A DNA stretch of 45,781 nt from the NCBI GenBank assembly GCA_964480605.1, contig CAYZPG010000001.1, positions 19,690 through 65,470 on the forward strand, read 5' to 3'. Numbering within the stretch: the first letter of the stretch is position 1; each line of letters opens with the position of its first letter. Shown here piece after piece: positions 15,974 to 24,156 of the stretch. The notes beneath the pieces are model-generated. The model had not been told where the DNA came from, searched no databases, and was given only the letters and a program-made list of their open reading frames with translations. The stretch comes from an uncultured Candidatus Saccharibacteria bacterium (GTDB lineage Bacteria > Patescibacteriota > UBA1384 > JACPKC01). The position numbers and the translations under genes are program-made.

Positions 15974-17137
15974 ATGCGAAGGGGAATTTGTATCGTGCTT
16001 AACAGAAAGGAATTAACGATTGTCCACCTCAGCGAAGCCTGGGACTTACCGAATGGTGTAGTCGTCATGGTCAAGGCCCTGGCGCGGGCGCAAGTAGCAG
16101 CAGGCCATCGGGTGACGATCCTCGTCCCCTCGTGGCGGCGTCGGGTACCCGAGCAGTTCGACGGGGTGTGGGTCTATTTTGTGCCAGGCATTCCATTGCC
16201 TGGCGGCACAGGGTACATGCTCTCGCTCCCTTGGCTGTCGAAGACCGCTCAGGGCGTGCTCGACGAAGCGGATATCGTCCATACCCACCACCCATTTCTA
16301 CTGGGCTTGTGGGCGTCGCGGTCGAGGAAGCCGGTGATCTGTACCGCTCACACCAACTACACCTCATACCTCCATTACGCCGGCATTGTCGGCACGTTGC
16401 TGAGATGGCAGATGGTCCGGTACATCGGCTGGTTTTTGAACCGATGTACGGCCGTGGTTGCGCCGGCTCCACTGGCTGGCGTGCGGCTGCAAGTCCAGTA
16501 TGGCGTGCGGCGGAAACCGTGTGTGATCTGGAACGGCATCGACACCGCCCGTTTTGAGGCCGGTAATGGCAAAGATTGGTGCAGTGAGCTTGGCGTTACC
16601 AGCGAGATGCCAGTGTTTATCTACGTCGGTCGACTGGCACCGGAAAAACGGGTTGATTGGGTGATCCGGGCAATTGGCCTGGCGTCTCCGGCGCGGTTGC
16701 TCGTCGTCGGTACTGGCCCTCAAGAGCTGTACCTCAAGCGACTGGCGAAAGAGTGTAACGCAGAGTTTCGTATCCACTTCTTGGGTGCGCTGTCGCACGA
16801 TGAGTTGCCGAATGTGTTGGCGGCCGCTCGCTGCTTTATTTCGGCTTCAGAGTCGGAAGTCTGTCCGCTCACCGCACTTGAGGCGCAGGCGGCTGGCTTG
16901 CCGGTGCTCGTGGTAGATGCACCGGGCGCGTCCGAGGTGGTCCGAGACAAATTTACGGGTAAAATTACGCCGAACAAGCTGGATGCATTTATGCAGGGTG
17001 CGGCGAGCCTGACACTTTCTATGCTGGAAGGCCCGGCATTTGATCGCTGGTACCGGAAGTATGCGCAACGCCAGGCTCGAGGTTTCGATCTGGCGATGAT
17101 GGCGAAAGACTACCTGGGGCTGTATGCCTCACTGTAG
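15974..17137 (+). CDS. Glycosyltransferase family 4 (GT-B, GT1 superfamily)
   Basis: GT4 pattern, with an N-terminal donor-less Rossmann domain and a C-terminal E...E region (SESEVCPLTALEAQAAGLPVL). The ORF-track start at 15923 lies inside the upstream terminator. ATG 15974 or GTG 15995 is likelier. Confidence 0.85.
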   Translation: MRRGICIVLNRKELTIVHLSEAWDLPNGVVVMVKALARAQVAAGHRVTILVPSWRRRVPEQFDGVWVYFVPGIPLPGGTGYMLSLPWLSKTAQGVLDEADIVHTHHPFLLGLWASRSRKPVICTAHTNYTSYLHYAGIVGTLLRWQMVRYIGWFLNRCTAVVAPAPLAGVRLQVQYGVRRKPCVIWNGIDTARFEAGNGKDWCSELGVTSEMPVFIYVGRLAPEKRVDWVIRAIGLASPARLLVVGTGPQELYLKRLAKECNAEFRIHFLGALSHDELPNVLAAARCFISASESEVCPLTALEAQAAGLPVLVVDAPGASEVVRDKFTGKITPNKLDAFMQGAASLTLSMLEGPAFDRWYRKYAQRQARGFDLAMMAKDYLGLYASL

Positions 17138-17143
17138 CGTTTA

Positions 17144-17167
17144 AAAGAGCACCGATTGGTGCTCTTT
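17144..17167. terminator. Bidirectional terminator between convergent genes
   Basis: AAAGAGCACC-GATT-GGTGCTCTTT with A/T-rich flanks. Confidence 0.7.
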
Positions 17168-17175
17168 CTTCTTGT

Positions 17176-18312
17176 CTACTCACTCTTGGCGGTAACGTCC
17201 GGCGGAATAACCGTAAACCAGATCTGGCCGCGGTTGAACGCGAGCTCTTCGCCATCGCTGCCGTAGAGACGGAGCATGTCGCCGGCCGCCGGTTTTTTCC
17301 AAGTGGCCTCGGTCTTCTGACCATCTTTGAAGAGGAGCGCTTTCCCCTGTCCCTCGGTTGTCATGAACCACTCACCCTTGCCTTGGTTGGTATTGGGATC
17401 GTAGCGGCGGTCAACGGTGAGGACCACAAGATTTTTGGTGAAGATTTGTTCCTTCGTGTTGGCGTCAGTGTGGGGTTGCCCGGCGAGGTTGCGGCTGTAG
17501 GCATTCTTCTCTTTGTCGTAGACCCATTTCACCAGGTAACTCGGTGCCGAGAAGTCGATCGTCACAGCAGCCGTCGCCGGCCGTTTGTCGAGCGCGGCCT
17601 CATCGTGGAACTTGAAGCCCGGGAAATCTGCGACCTCGGTGGCGGCTTTCTTTGAGGTCGCGTAGTCGTAGAGCTCCTTGCTCGAAGTAAAGAGCGTGTG
17701 CTCCGAGGCGATCCCAGGTCGTGGTTCGCGGTGGAAGTACTTCGCGGCGTGCGGCAGGTCGACCACGTCACTGGTCTTTCCTAGGATGCCGAGGGCGGCT
17801 TGAGAGCCGCCAGCATGGGCGTAGAGCGCGTGGTAGCCCGATGCCCAGGCGATGAAGTACGGCCGGGCAGATCGGACCGGACCAATTTTGTCGGCATCGG
17901 CAGGTGAGAAGATGCCCATGAAGCGGGTAATGCCACCCTCAGTCATGGTTTCCCAGACGTTGGCCGCCGCACTCAAGCCAGCCTGTGGCCGGGCTTCGGG
18001 ATGGTTCTCGACCATGACGGCGAGCGGCCGCCGCTTGGCAAGCGCCGGATCGACGGCAATACCATTGAGGGCGGAGGCTTCGGTAGTTGGGGCGGGAGGG
18101 GTGGTTTGGGTGCTGACGATGGGGAGCGGTTGACCAGCATCGTCATAGACGATCGCTGGTGTGGGCGCGTCGGGTTTGAGGTACCGCGTGTAGGCGGCAA
18201 CCCCGGCAACAATGAGCACGATGCCAGCCAGTCCGAGGGCAACCGCCCGCCGGACCTTAGGATTCTGCCATGACCGATGATGATGCGAAGACTGATGGAG
18301 TACAGGTTCCAT
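17176..18312 (-). CDS. DUF3048 domain-containing membrane-anchored protein
   Basis: N-terminal TM helix, then RPLAVMVENHPEARPQAGL...GGITRFMGIF, typical of DUF3048 (YerB-like). AGGAGGGG RBS. Confidence 0.85.
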   Translation of the reverse strand: MEPVLHQSSHHHRSWQNPKVRRAVALGLAGIVLIVAGVAAYTRYLKPDAPTPAIVYDDAGQPLPIVSTQTTPPAPTTEASALNGIAVDPALAKRRPLAVMVENHPEARPQAGLSAAANVWETMTEGGITRFMGIFSPADADKIGPVRSARPYFIAWASGYHALYAHAGGSQAALGILGKTSDVVDLPHAAKYFHREPRPGIASEHTLFTSSKELYDYATSKKAATEVADFPGFKFHDEAALDKRPATAAVTIDFSAPSYLVKWVYDKEKNAYSRNLAGQPHTDANTKEQIFTKNLVVLTVDRRYDPNTNQGKGEWFMTTEGQGKALLFKDGQKTEATWKKPAAGDMLRLYGSDGEELAFNRGQIWFTVIPPDVTAKSE

Positions 18313-18329
18313 GATCCCCTCCTACGTGA

Positions 18330-19433
18330 TTACTTCGTGTCGTGGCCGACGAGGCGATGCCACGCGTCCATGAGTACGACACCGGTGCCAAGTGCGATCA
18401 GGATGCAGCTTGCGAGTGCGCCAATGAGTGGCACTGCGCCGAGGCCGGTCATGATGAGTGCGCCAGCAGCGAGTGCGCCGAGTGGCGGCCAGTGCTTTTT
18501 CGCAACTGCCATACTGACAAGGTCGCCAACGTAGGTGTACGCCGCAATATGGCCAAGAAGCATCGCGAGTCCGAGCAGCATCGGGACGGCAAAGGCGAGC
18601 GGGAGGGTGAGGAGGAAGATGCAGAGCACAACGAAGAGTGGGATCGCCACGAGGAAGCTGCCAATACCGAGCAGGATTGCTTGCCAGGTATGGGTGCGGG
18701 CGCTGGTGCGGAGTCGGTCAACGTACTTGGGAGCCAAGAAAGCGATCAGGCCGGCAGAAACAAAGCTCATGAGGAAGCTCGCAAGCAAGCCAGCGAAGAG
18801 GCCTTCGCCCCGCATTGGCCGCGCTCCACGGTTGGTCCGCTGAGTGTCTTGGGTGAGGTCGGTCCGGCCGTCGATCCGGGCACCGCTCTCTTTGACGAGC
18901 GGCTTGTCGATGGTGCCCGTAATGTTGCCTGCCACGACCGCACCACTGCCAAGGTGGATGGTTTCAGCGTGGATAATCGCATGCTTCTGGACAATGCCGT
19001 TGATTGTCACGGCTCGCCCGTAGGCGCGGAGCGTGCCCTGGACGGTGCCGTCAATCACGATCGTGTCGCCGGCGGCAACCACGTCGCCACTCACCACCGA
19101 GCCAGGATCGATCGTCACGGTTTCGCCTGCGGCGAGTACGCCACCGCCAACTGTCGTGTCGATGGTGACTGTCTGGCCTGCGGCGAAGACGTTTTGGCCG
19201 ATCGTATTCCGGATGCCAACATGCTGGCCGGCGACAATCGCATCACCGGCAATGGAACCCCGGATAGCCACATCGTTGCCGGCGCCAAAGAAGGTGTCTT
19301 GGATTGATTTGCTGGCTTCGACGATGACGTTGCCCGATTCGCTCGGTACCGCAAACTCAAACGCGTGCGCCTGGCTGACGCCGAGACTCAACAGGATGCC
19401 AATCGCCAGGGTGAACGTACGAACAAACGACAT
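18330..19433 (-). CDS. Membrane protein with an N-terminal signal peptide, bactofilin-like beta-helical repeats and a C-terminal multi-TM region
   Basis: Signal peptide ending AHA. About 150 aa follow of short V/I-x-G repeats (DVAIRGSIAGDAIVAGQHVGI...), as in polymer-forming cytoskeletal (bactofilin-type) domains. Then 4-5 hydrophobic helices. Confidence 0.7.
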   Translation of the reverse strand: MSFVRTFTLAIGILLSLGVSQAHAFEFAVPSESGNVIVEASKSIQDTFFGAGNDVAIRGSIAGDAIVAGQHVGIRNTIGQNVFAAGQTVTIDTTVGGGVLAAGETVTIDPGSVVSGDVVAAGDTIVIDGTVQGTLRAYGRAVTINGIVQKHAIIHAETIHLGSGAVVAGNITGTIDKPLVKESGARIDGRTDLTQDTQRTNRGARPMRGEGLFAGLLASFLMSFVSAGLIAFLAPKYVDRLRTSARTHTWQAILLGIGSFLVAIPLFVVLCIFLLTLPLAFAVPMLLGLAMLLGHIAAYTYVGDLVSMAVAKKHWPPLGALAAGALIMTGLGAVPLIGALASCILIALGTGVVLMDAWHRLVGHDTK

Positions 19434-19488
19434 AGGAGGATCTCCTTCTCTGGTGTTGTGCGTCCAGTATATCTGGCTCGGGCCAGGT

Positions 19489-20286
19489 TTAGTAGATGTA
19501 CCCTTGAATGACGGCGGACGCGGCCTTCATGCGACGTTTTGAGAGCTTGCCCCACCCAATGACGTTCATGTCCGAGACGATGATCTCGTCTCCTTCAACA
19601 GCCTCAACATATCCAACGTGACCAATCCGGCCCTCGCTGGTGGCGACAACTGCGCCGGCTCGAGGTACCTTGCTGATCGTGAAGCCGGCCCGTGCGGCGT
19701 TCGAGAGCCAACGGTTGGCATTGCCAAGGCGGTTTGGCAGGTCGGGCCGCTTGTTTTTTACCCACCAGGTGCAGTAGCCGTACGGGTAGCTGTTGCCCGT
19801 GGTAATCTGTTCGCCAGTCAATGACGCCTGGCTGACAACGGGTTTCGTGTTGACGGTCGATGTGGCAGTCCGAACGACCGTACGCTTCTTCTTCGCCTTG
19901 AGCCGTGCTTGCTCTTCGAGCAGGGCTTTTTCGGGTTTGCCCATGTCCGTGGCAACCACGAGCGGTTTTTCTAGGAAGCCGACCAAGGGCACCTCGTCGG
20001 TGGTAATAGCCTCGATGCTTTCGAAGGTGAAGTCCGCTAAGCCCTCGTCGAGGTCGATCGAGGTCGGGCCGGCAGCATGAGCTGCCTCAACCACGCTGAC
20101 CGGGTTGAGCATTGCGACGAGCAAGCCTGCTGCCACTACCGAGGACAGCCGTTGCTTATAGAATGAAACAAGTTTGGTGCCGATCCAGAGTGCGCGTCGG
20201 GTGTCTGTGCCGAATTGGCTCAGATCACGACGCCATCGTATGAGTGGATCGTCGAGAGATGGCCCCAGATTGAGATCGTACTGCAT
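19489..20286 (-). CDS. CHAP domain-containing peptidoglycan hydrolase
   Basis: C-terminal NSYPYGYCTWWV...GHVGYVE...SDMN is the CHAP Cys/His region. An N-terminal TM anchor is present. The start at 20286 (MQYDL) follows AAGGAG. The ORF-track start at 20355 lies in the leader. Confidence 0.85.
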   Translation of the reverse strand: MQYDLNLGPSLDDPLIRWRRDLSQFGTDTRRALWIGTKLVSFYKQRLSSVVAAGLLVAMLNPVSVVEAAHAAGPTSIDLDEGLADFTFESIEAITTDEVPLVGFLEKPLVVATDMGKPEKALLEEQARLKAKKKRTVVRTATSTVNTKPVVSQASLTGEQITTGNSYPYGYCTWWVKNKRPDLPNRLGNANRWLSNAARAGFTISKVPRAGAVVATSEGRIGHVGYVEAVEGDEIIVSDMNVIGWGKLSKRRMKAASAVIQGYIY

Positions 20287-20333
20287 GTGCGTGTACTCCT
20301 TCTTGGTTCCTATCTCCATGCCCGTGGAGTGCG

Positions 20334-20370
20334 AAAAAACAAAAATGACTACCACCAGGTGTTAGTCATT
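20334..20370 (-). terminator. Intrinsic-terminator-like hairpin inside the CHAP gene leader
   Basis: On the minus strand, AATGACTA-11 nt-TAGTCATT is followed by TTTTGTTTTTT, 47 nt before the start codon. Confidence 0.55.
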
Positions 20371-20380
20371 TGTGAAAGCC

Positions 20381-20408
20381 AGTATAGCGGCTGGGGCGGA
20401 TTTGTCAA
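20381..20408 (-). promoter_or_regulatory. Consensus promoter P2 upstream of the CHAP gene
   Basis: Minus strand: TTGACA, 16 nt spacer, TATACT. Confidence 0.6.
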
Positions 20409-20516
20409 GATTGCCATCCACAGGTTTTGCGGTGGGAACGCAAAACGCTCGCCGGAGCGAGCGCTTGCTGTCGGTCGGTACGTAGGAGGGTAAAACGCAC
20501 CGACGCGAACAAACTC

Positions 20517-20545
20517 AGTATAGAATTGGCAGCCGATGTCGTCAA
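20517..20545 (-). promoter_or_regulatory. Consensus promoter P1 upstream of the CHAP gene
   Basis: Minus strand: TTGACG, 17 nt spacer, TATACT. It begins about 50 nt after the LytR_C gene stop. Confidence 0.6.
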
Positions 20546-20594
20546 GCGGTGCTTGTGGAAAACAGATGCTACCCAAACAAATACCAAACAGTTG

Positions 20595-21233
20595 TTAGAC
20601 TTCTCCTCCGAGAACGACCAAAATGTCTGCCGGGCTGGCGATGATGTTCTCGCTGGTCGTGGCTGCGGCTTCGCCCAGTGCGTCGGCAACGGCATCGGCA
20701 GTATCCTCGTTACCTTCCAGGTAGTAGAGGGTGGTTTGGACGTAGTCGAACTGGGCGTCGCCGATTGAGAGCACGCGGTACCCAAGGCTTTCAAGAGTTG
20801 CCTTAGCTGCGCTGGCGGCTCCGGCCTGCGGGCTGCCGTTCAAAATACGGACGGTTGGGAGTTCGGGTGACACAGCGGTCGTGGGTACGTCAGTCTGGGC
20901 CGTCGAGTTCGGCAGGGGTTCGTCGAGGATGGTCGGTGGCTCGAGGCTCGAACTTACGTCCGTAGCAAAGGCAACGGGAGTTTGCGGGGTGGATGACGCA
21001 ACCGACGCTGGTGCATCGGCACTGACCTCTTGCGGGCCCGGTCGGAGCAGCACCACTAAGCTGCCGAGTACTACCACGGTGCCCAGGAATATAAGCTGCG
21101 CGCGTCGTCCCGGCAGTGTGGGTTTCCATCGGGGTAATGGCCTTGTGGCTGCCGGTGCCGGCCACATCGAATCAGGCAGTGGAGGCTGCTTCTTGTAGAT
21201 ACCATCGAACATTGGTTGTGGCGGATTGCCCAA
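20595..21233 (-). CDS. LytR_C (LytR/CpsA/Psr C-terminal) domain-containing membrane protein
   Basis: TM anchor, Pro/Ser/Thr linker, then VRILNGSPQAGAASAAKATLESLGYRV...ADILVVLG, typical of LytR_C. TTG start follows GGGGAGGGG. Confidence 0.8.
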   Translation of the reverse strand: MGNPPQPMFDGIYKKQPPLPDSMWPAPAATRPLPRWKPTLPGRRAQLIFLGTVVVLGSLVVLLRPGPQEVSADAPASVASSTPQTPVAFATDVSSSLEPPTILDEPLPNSTAQTDVPTTAVSPELPTVRILNGSPQAGAASAAKATLESLGYRVLSIGDAQFDYVQTTLYYLEGNEDTADAVADALGEAAATTSENIIASPADILVVLGGEV

Positions 21234-21252
21234 CGCCCCTCCCCTACTGACT

Positions 21253-21453
21253 TTAGGACACGGTCTCTTCTGGCGGCTGCACTAGCTTCTTGTCGCGCCG
21301 TTGTTCCCGCTCCTGTTCGTGCGGCGGACGCAGATTCACCGGATCGAGGTACTCTTCCTGCCACTTCTTGTACTGATTCGGTGCCTTATCGAAGTAGGCT
21401 TGGTCACGGCTTGGATGGTGGTTCGGTTCGCTCTGCTTCTTCTGTTTTGCCAT
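21253..21453 (-). CDS. Small hypothetical charged protein (66 aa)
   Basis: ATG 21453 (MAKQKK) follows GGAGGTG. No family recognised. Confidence 0.5.
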   Translation of the reverse strand: MAKQKKQSEPNHHPSRDQAYFDKAPNQYKKWQEEYLDPVNLRPPHEQEREQRRDKKLVQPPEETVS

Positions 21454-21484
21454 ACGCACCTCCGCTTTGTGTCAGTATACCACG

Positions 21485-22063
21485 CTACTCAGTCGGTTCT
21501 TCCTTCGGCGCATGGTAGCCCAAGACAAGCCGCTCGAGCGTGCGTAACACGGAGATGCCAAGCCGCTCTGGCGCGTGGACCGGAGCAACGAGCAGCGTCT
21601 GCATGCCCATCCGGTTGCCACCCAGGATGTCGGTCAGGAGGAGGTCGCCAACCATGAGGATCTGGTGAGGGGGCAGCTGCATGGCGGCCATAGCGAGCCG
21701 GAGGGCGCGGCGAAAGGGCTTGATAATCAGGCCGGTTGAGATGGCCAGAATGCCAAACCGGGCTGCCTCGTCATCGAGCTTGTTGGCAAGTCCGAAGACA
21801 CGCAGTTTGTTAGAGACAATGACGACGTGTTCGCGGCCGAAGACCTTGATGCACCGCTCAAGGAGCGCTGCCCGGCCATCCCCGATCTCGCGGCCATGGC
21901 TGCTAATGAGGGTGTTGTCGAAGTCGAAGATAATGCCGCGGATTCCTTGGTCGTAGAGCCACCGGGGGTCGAGGTGGAGTGGCTGGGTGGTGACGTAGGT
22001 TGGCTCGACGTACTGCCAACGAAGCTGCAGGCTGGAGCCAGGAAGCGGCTGAATAAATTGCAT
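21485..22063 (-). CDS. YqeG-family HAD-IIIA phosphatase
   Basis: IIFDFDNTL (motif I), VVIVSNK (motif II), MVGDLLLTDILGG (motif IV). Confidence 0.85.
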   Translation of the reverse strand: MQFIQPLPGSSLQLRWQYVEPTYVTTQPLHLDPRWLYDQGIRGIIFDFDNTLISSHGREIGDGRAALLERCIKVFGREHVVIVSNKLRVFGLANKLDDEAARFGILAISTGLIIKPFRRALRLAMAAMQLPPHQILMVGDLLLTDILGGNRMGMQTLLVAPVHAPERLGISVLRTLERLVLGYHAPKEEPTE

Positions 22064-22080
22064 ATACCAACTATACCAAG

Positions 22081-22686
22081 TTAGAACAGTGAGCCGAGCT
22101 GGCGAATGACGCCTAAGACCTTGCCCTGGATATCCACCTTATTGGTGCGGATGGGCGGGTACTTTGGGTTGGCAGGTTGGAGCCGGATCCCATCCTTCTC
22201 CTTGTAGTAGCGTTTGAGGGTGACGTTTTCTTCTTCGAGCAAGGCGACAACAATGTCCCCATTCTTCGGCTGGACGGTGCGTTGGATGACCACGTAGTCG
22301 CCGTCGAGGATGCCGTCGTCCACCATGGAATCACCGCGGACACGCAGGGCGAAGACATCGGGCCCCATCATGGACCGTGGAATATCGATGGTTTCGTTGG
22401 TGCGGATGGCGGCAATTGGCGAGCCGGCGGCGATCGCGCCCATGAGCGGGATTTCGAAGGTCCGCTCGTCCCACGACGGTGTAACTTGGATAGAGCGGGC
22501 CTCAAGTCGGTCTTTACTTAAGAATCCCTTCCGCTCGAGCGTTTCGACGTGCTCGGCGACGGTAGCCACGGATTTGAGGTTGAGGTGCTGGGCGATTTCG
22601 CGGTAGCTGGGGGCGTAGTTGTGGTCTTCGATGTACGCGCGCAGGTAGTCGAGCACGCTCTTCTGTTTCGGGGTGAGATGTGACAT
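22081..22686 (-). CDS. lexA: LexA repressor
   Basis: MSHLTPKQKSVLDYL... winged HTH, Ala-Gly cleavage site (IAAGSP), catalytic GDSM and KRY. The ORF-track start at 22800 would run through the operator and the dinB 3' end. Confidence 0.95.
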   Translation of the reverse strand: MSHLTPKQKSVLDYLRAYIEDHNYAPSYREIAQHLNLKSVATVAEHVETLERKGFLSKDRLEARSIQVTPSWDERTFEIPLMGAIAAGSPIAAIRTNETIDIPRSMMGPDVFALRVRGDSMVDDGILDGDYVVIQRTVQPKNGDIVVALLEEENVTLKRYYKEKDGIRLQPANPKYPPIRTNKVDIQGKVLGVIRQLGSLF

Positions 22687-22703
22687 AGCTCTTGGAGTAT
22701 GAC

Positions 22704-22718
22704 CGAACAAAGACCGTA
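22704..22718 (-). promoter_or_regulatory. SOS-box-like operator copy upstream of lexA
   Basis: Plus strand reads CGAACAAAGACCGTA, 17 nt from the lexA ATG. In gene orientation it lies between TAGTCA (-35-like) and CATACT (-10-like). Confidence 0.65.
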
Positions 22719-22756
22719 TGACTAGAGGGTTGACTGTGGAAAATGTTGTCCCCACA

Positions 22757-24064
22757 TTATTGGCCCAGGTAGGTAGGTGTAAACCGCTTCCGGCGGCCAT
22801 CTGGAACGGCGTACAGCTGGGTGCCGAGGCTCAAGCCGCTCGTAATACTTCGGCTGCCAAATTTATTCCGGACAGCATCCATGGCTTTGGTGAGCCGCTC
22901 GGTCCGTTGCTCGCTGGGCAGGAGGCTCATGGTGGCCTGGCGCCGTCGGGCGAGCTTGAAGGTGGTGACGGAGGGCATGCGGATGTGGGTGCCGGCGGTG
23001 AGGCCGCTGCCAGGTGTGTTGATCGCCTGCTCGATCAGGGACCAGGCGGCTTGGTAGAGGTCGCGGTCGCTCTCGAGTTGCTGCGAGGTGCTCATGTGGC
23101 TCGACCAGCCGCTCCGGTCGCTTTTTCGTAGGTAGACGGCAACCCCGTGGGCTACAAAGCCTTGTCGTCGCAGCCGCTGCCCGACTTTTTCGACGAGGTA
23201 GTTGAGGACGGACGGCAGGTCGACGACCGGCAGATCGGTTGGCAGCGTGTACTGGTGGCCGATCGACTGTTCGGGTTTGGCGGCCCAGTACGGGATGACG
23301 GGTGCGGTATCAACCCCCTGGGCGATCAGGTACAGCTCCTTCTCGTAGGGAAAGACGACGGGTTTCAGTTCGTCGAGCGTTTTCGTAGCCAGGTCGGCAA
23401 GCGTGCGGACACCCACCGCGTGGAGCTTGCGTTCTAACTTGCGGCCAATGCCGGCCAACTCGCCGATTGGCGCTTGGGCGTAGAGCGCACCTCGCGTGAA
23501 GGCCCGGGCTCCAGCCTGTTGGAACTGGCGGACGGTTACGCCCTCGTCGTCGCCCAGCAGGGCAACGCAGCCGTCCGGCTTGTGAAATTCACCCGCGAGC
23601 TTGGCCAGGCGCTTCCCATGGGCGATGCCGATCGAGGCCGTCATGACCTCACCCAGGTGGCGGCGAAGCATGGCTTTAATGTGGGCGACATTGTGGAGGA
23701 TGGCCGCTATCCCCTGCTCGCCGGCAGGAATACCGTGCAGCTCTACGAACGCCTCGTCGATCGAGAAGATCTCAACCGAGGGCGAGAGCGTTTCGAGGAT
23801 ACCGAACATCGTCTCGCTCCAGGCTTGGTAGGTCTCGTAGTCGGGCGGCACGATGATGAGTTCCGGGCAGATCCGGATGGCGTCCCAGCTCGACATGGCC
23901 GTCTTCACGCCGCGCAACTTCGCCTCGCGCGAGGCGGCGGCAATGACCGAGCGGGTGCCGGGCTTGCCACCGACCCCAACCGGCTTGCCGCGTAGCGCAG
24001 GGTTCTTCTGCTGCTCCACTGAGGCGAAGTAACTGTTCATGTCGACATGCAGGATCCAACGCAT
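22757..24064 (-). CDS. dinB: DNA polymerase IV (Y-family)
   Basis: 435 aa. N-terminal ILHVDMNSYFASVEQ, SIDEAF, and palm, fingers and little-finger domains in the expected order. Confidence 0.95.
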   Translation of the reverse strand: MRWILHVDMNSYFASVEQQKNPALRGKPVGVGGKPGTRSVIAAASREAKLRGVKTAMSSWDAIRICPELIIVPPDYETYQAWSETMFGILETLSPSVEIFSIDEAFVELHGIPAGEQGIAAILHNVAHIKAMLRRHLGEVMTASIGIAHGKRLAKLAGEFHKPDGCVALLGDDEGVTVRQFQQAGARAFTRGALYAQAPIGELAGIGRKLERKLHAVGVRTLADLATKTLDELKPVVFPYEKELYLIAQGVDTAPVIPYWAAKPEQSIGHQYTLPTDLPVVDLPSVLNYLVEKVGQRLRRQGFVAHGVAVYLRKSDRSGWSSHMSTSQQLESDRDLYQAAWSLIEQAINTPGSGLTAGTHIRMPSVTTFKLARRRQATMSLLPSEQRTERLTKAMDAVRNKFGSRSITSGLSLGTQLYAVPDGRRKRFTPTYLGQ

Positions 24065-24079
24065 GCACCCACTGTATCA

Positions 24080-24095
24080 CGAACAAAGACCGAAC
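24080..24095 (-). promoter_or_regulatory. SOS-box-like operator copy upstream of dinB
   Basis: Plus strand reads CGAACAAAGACCGAAC (GAAC-N7-GAAC), 15 nt from the dinB ATG, immediately upstream of the -10-like GATACA. Confidence 0.65.
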
Positions 24096-24122
24096 AAGAG
24101 TGGATAACGACTGCTGGTAAGC

Positions 24123-24154
24123 AAAAAATGAGGCCGGTTCATTGAACCGGCCTC
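24123..24154 (-). terminator. Rho-independent terminator of the Gam-like gene
   Basis: On the minus strand, GAGGCCGGTTC-AAT-GAACCGGCCTC (11-bp stem) is followed by TTTTTT. Confidence 0.8.
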
Positions 24155-24156
24155 CC

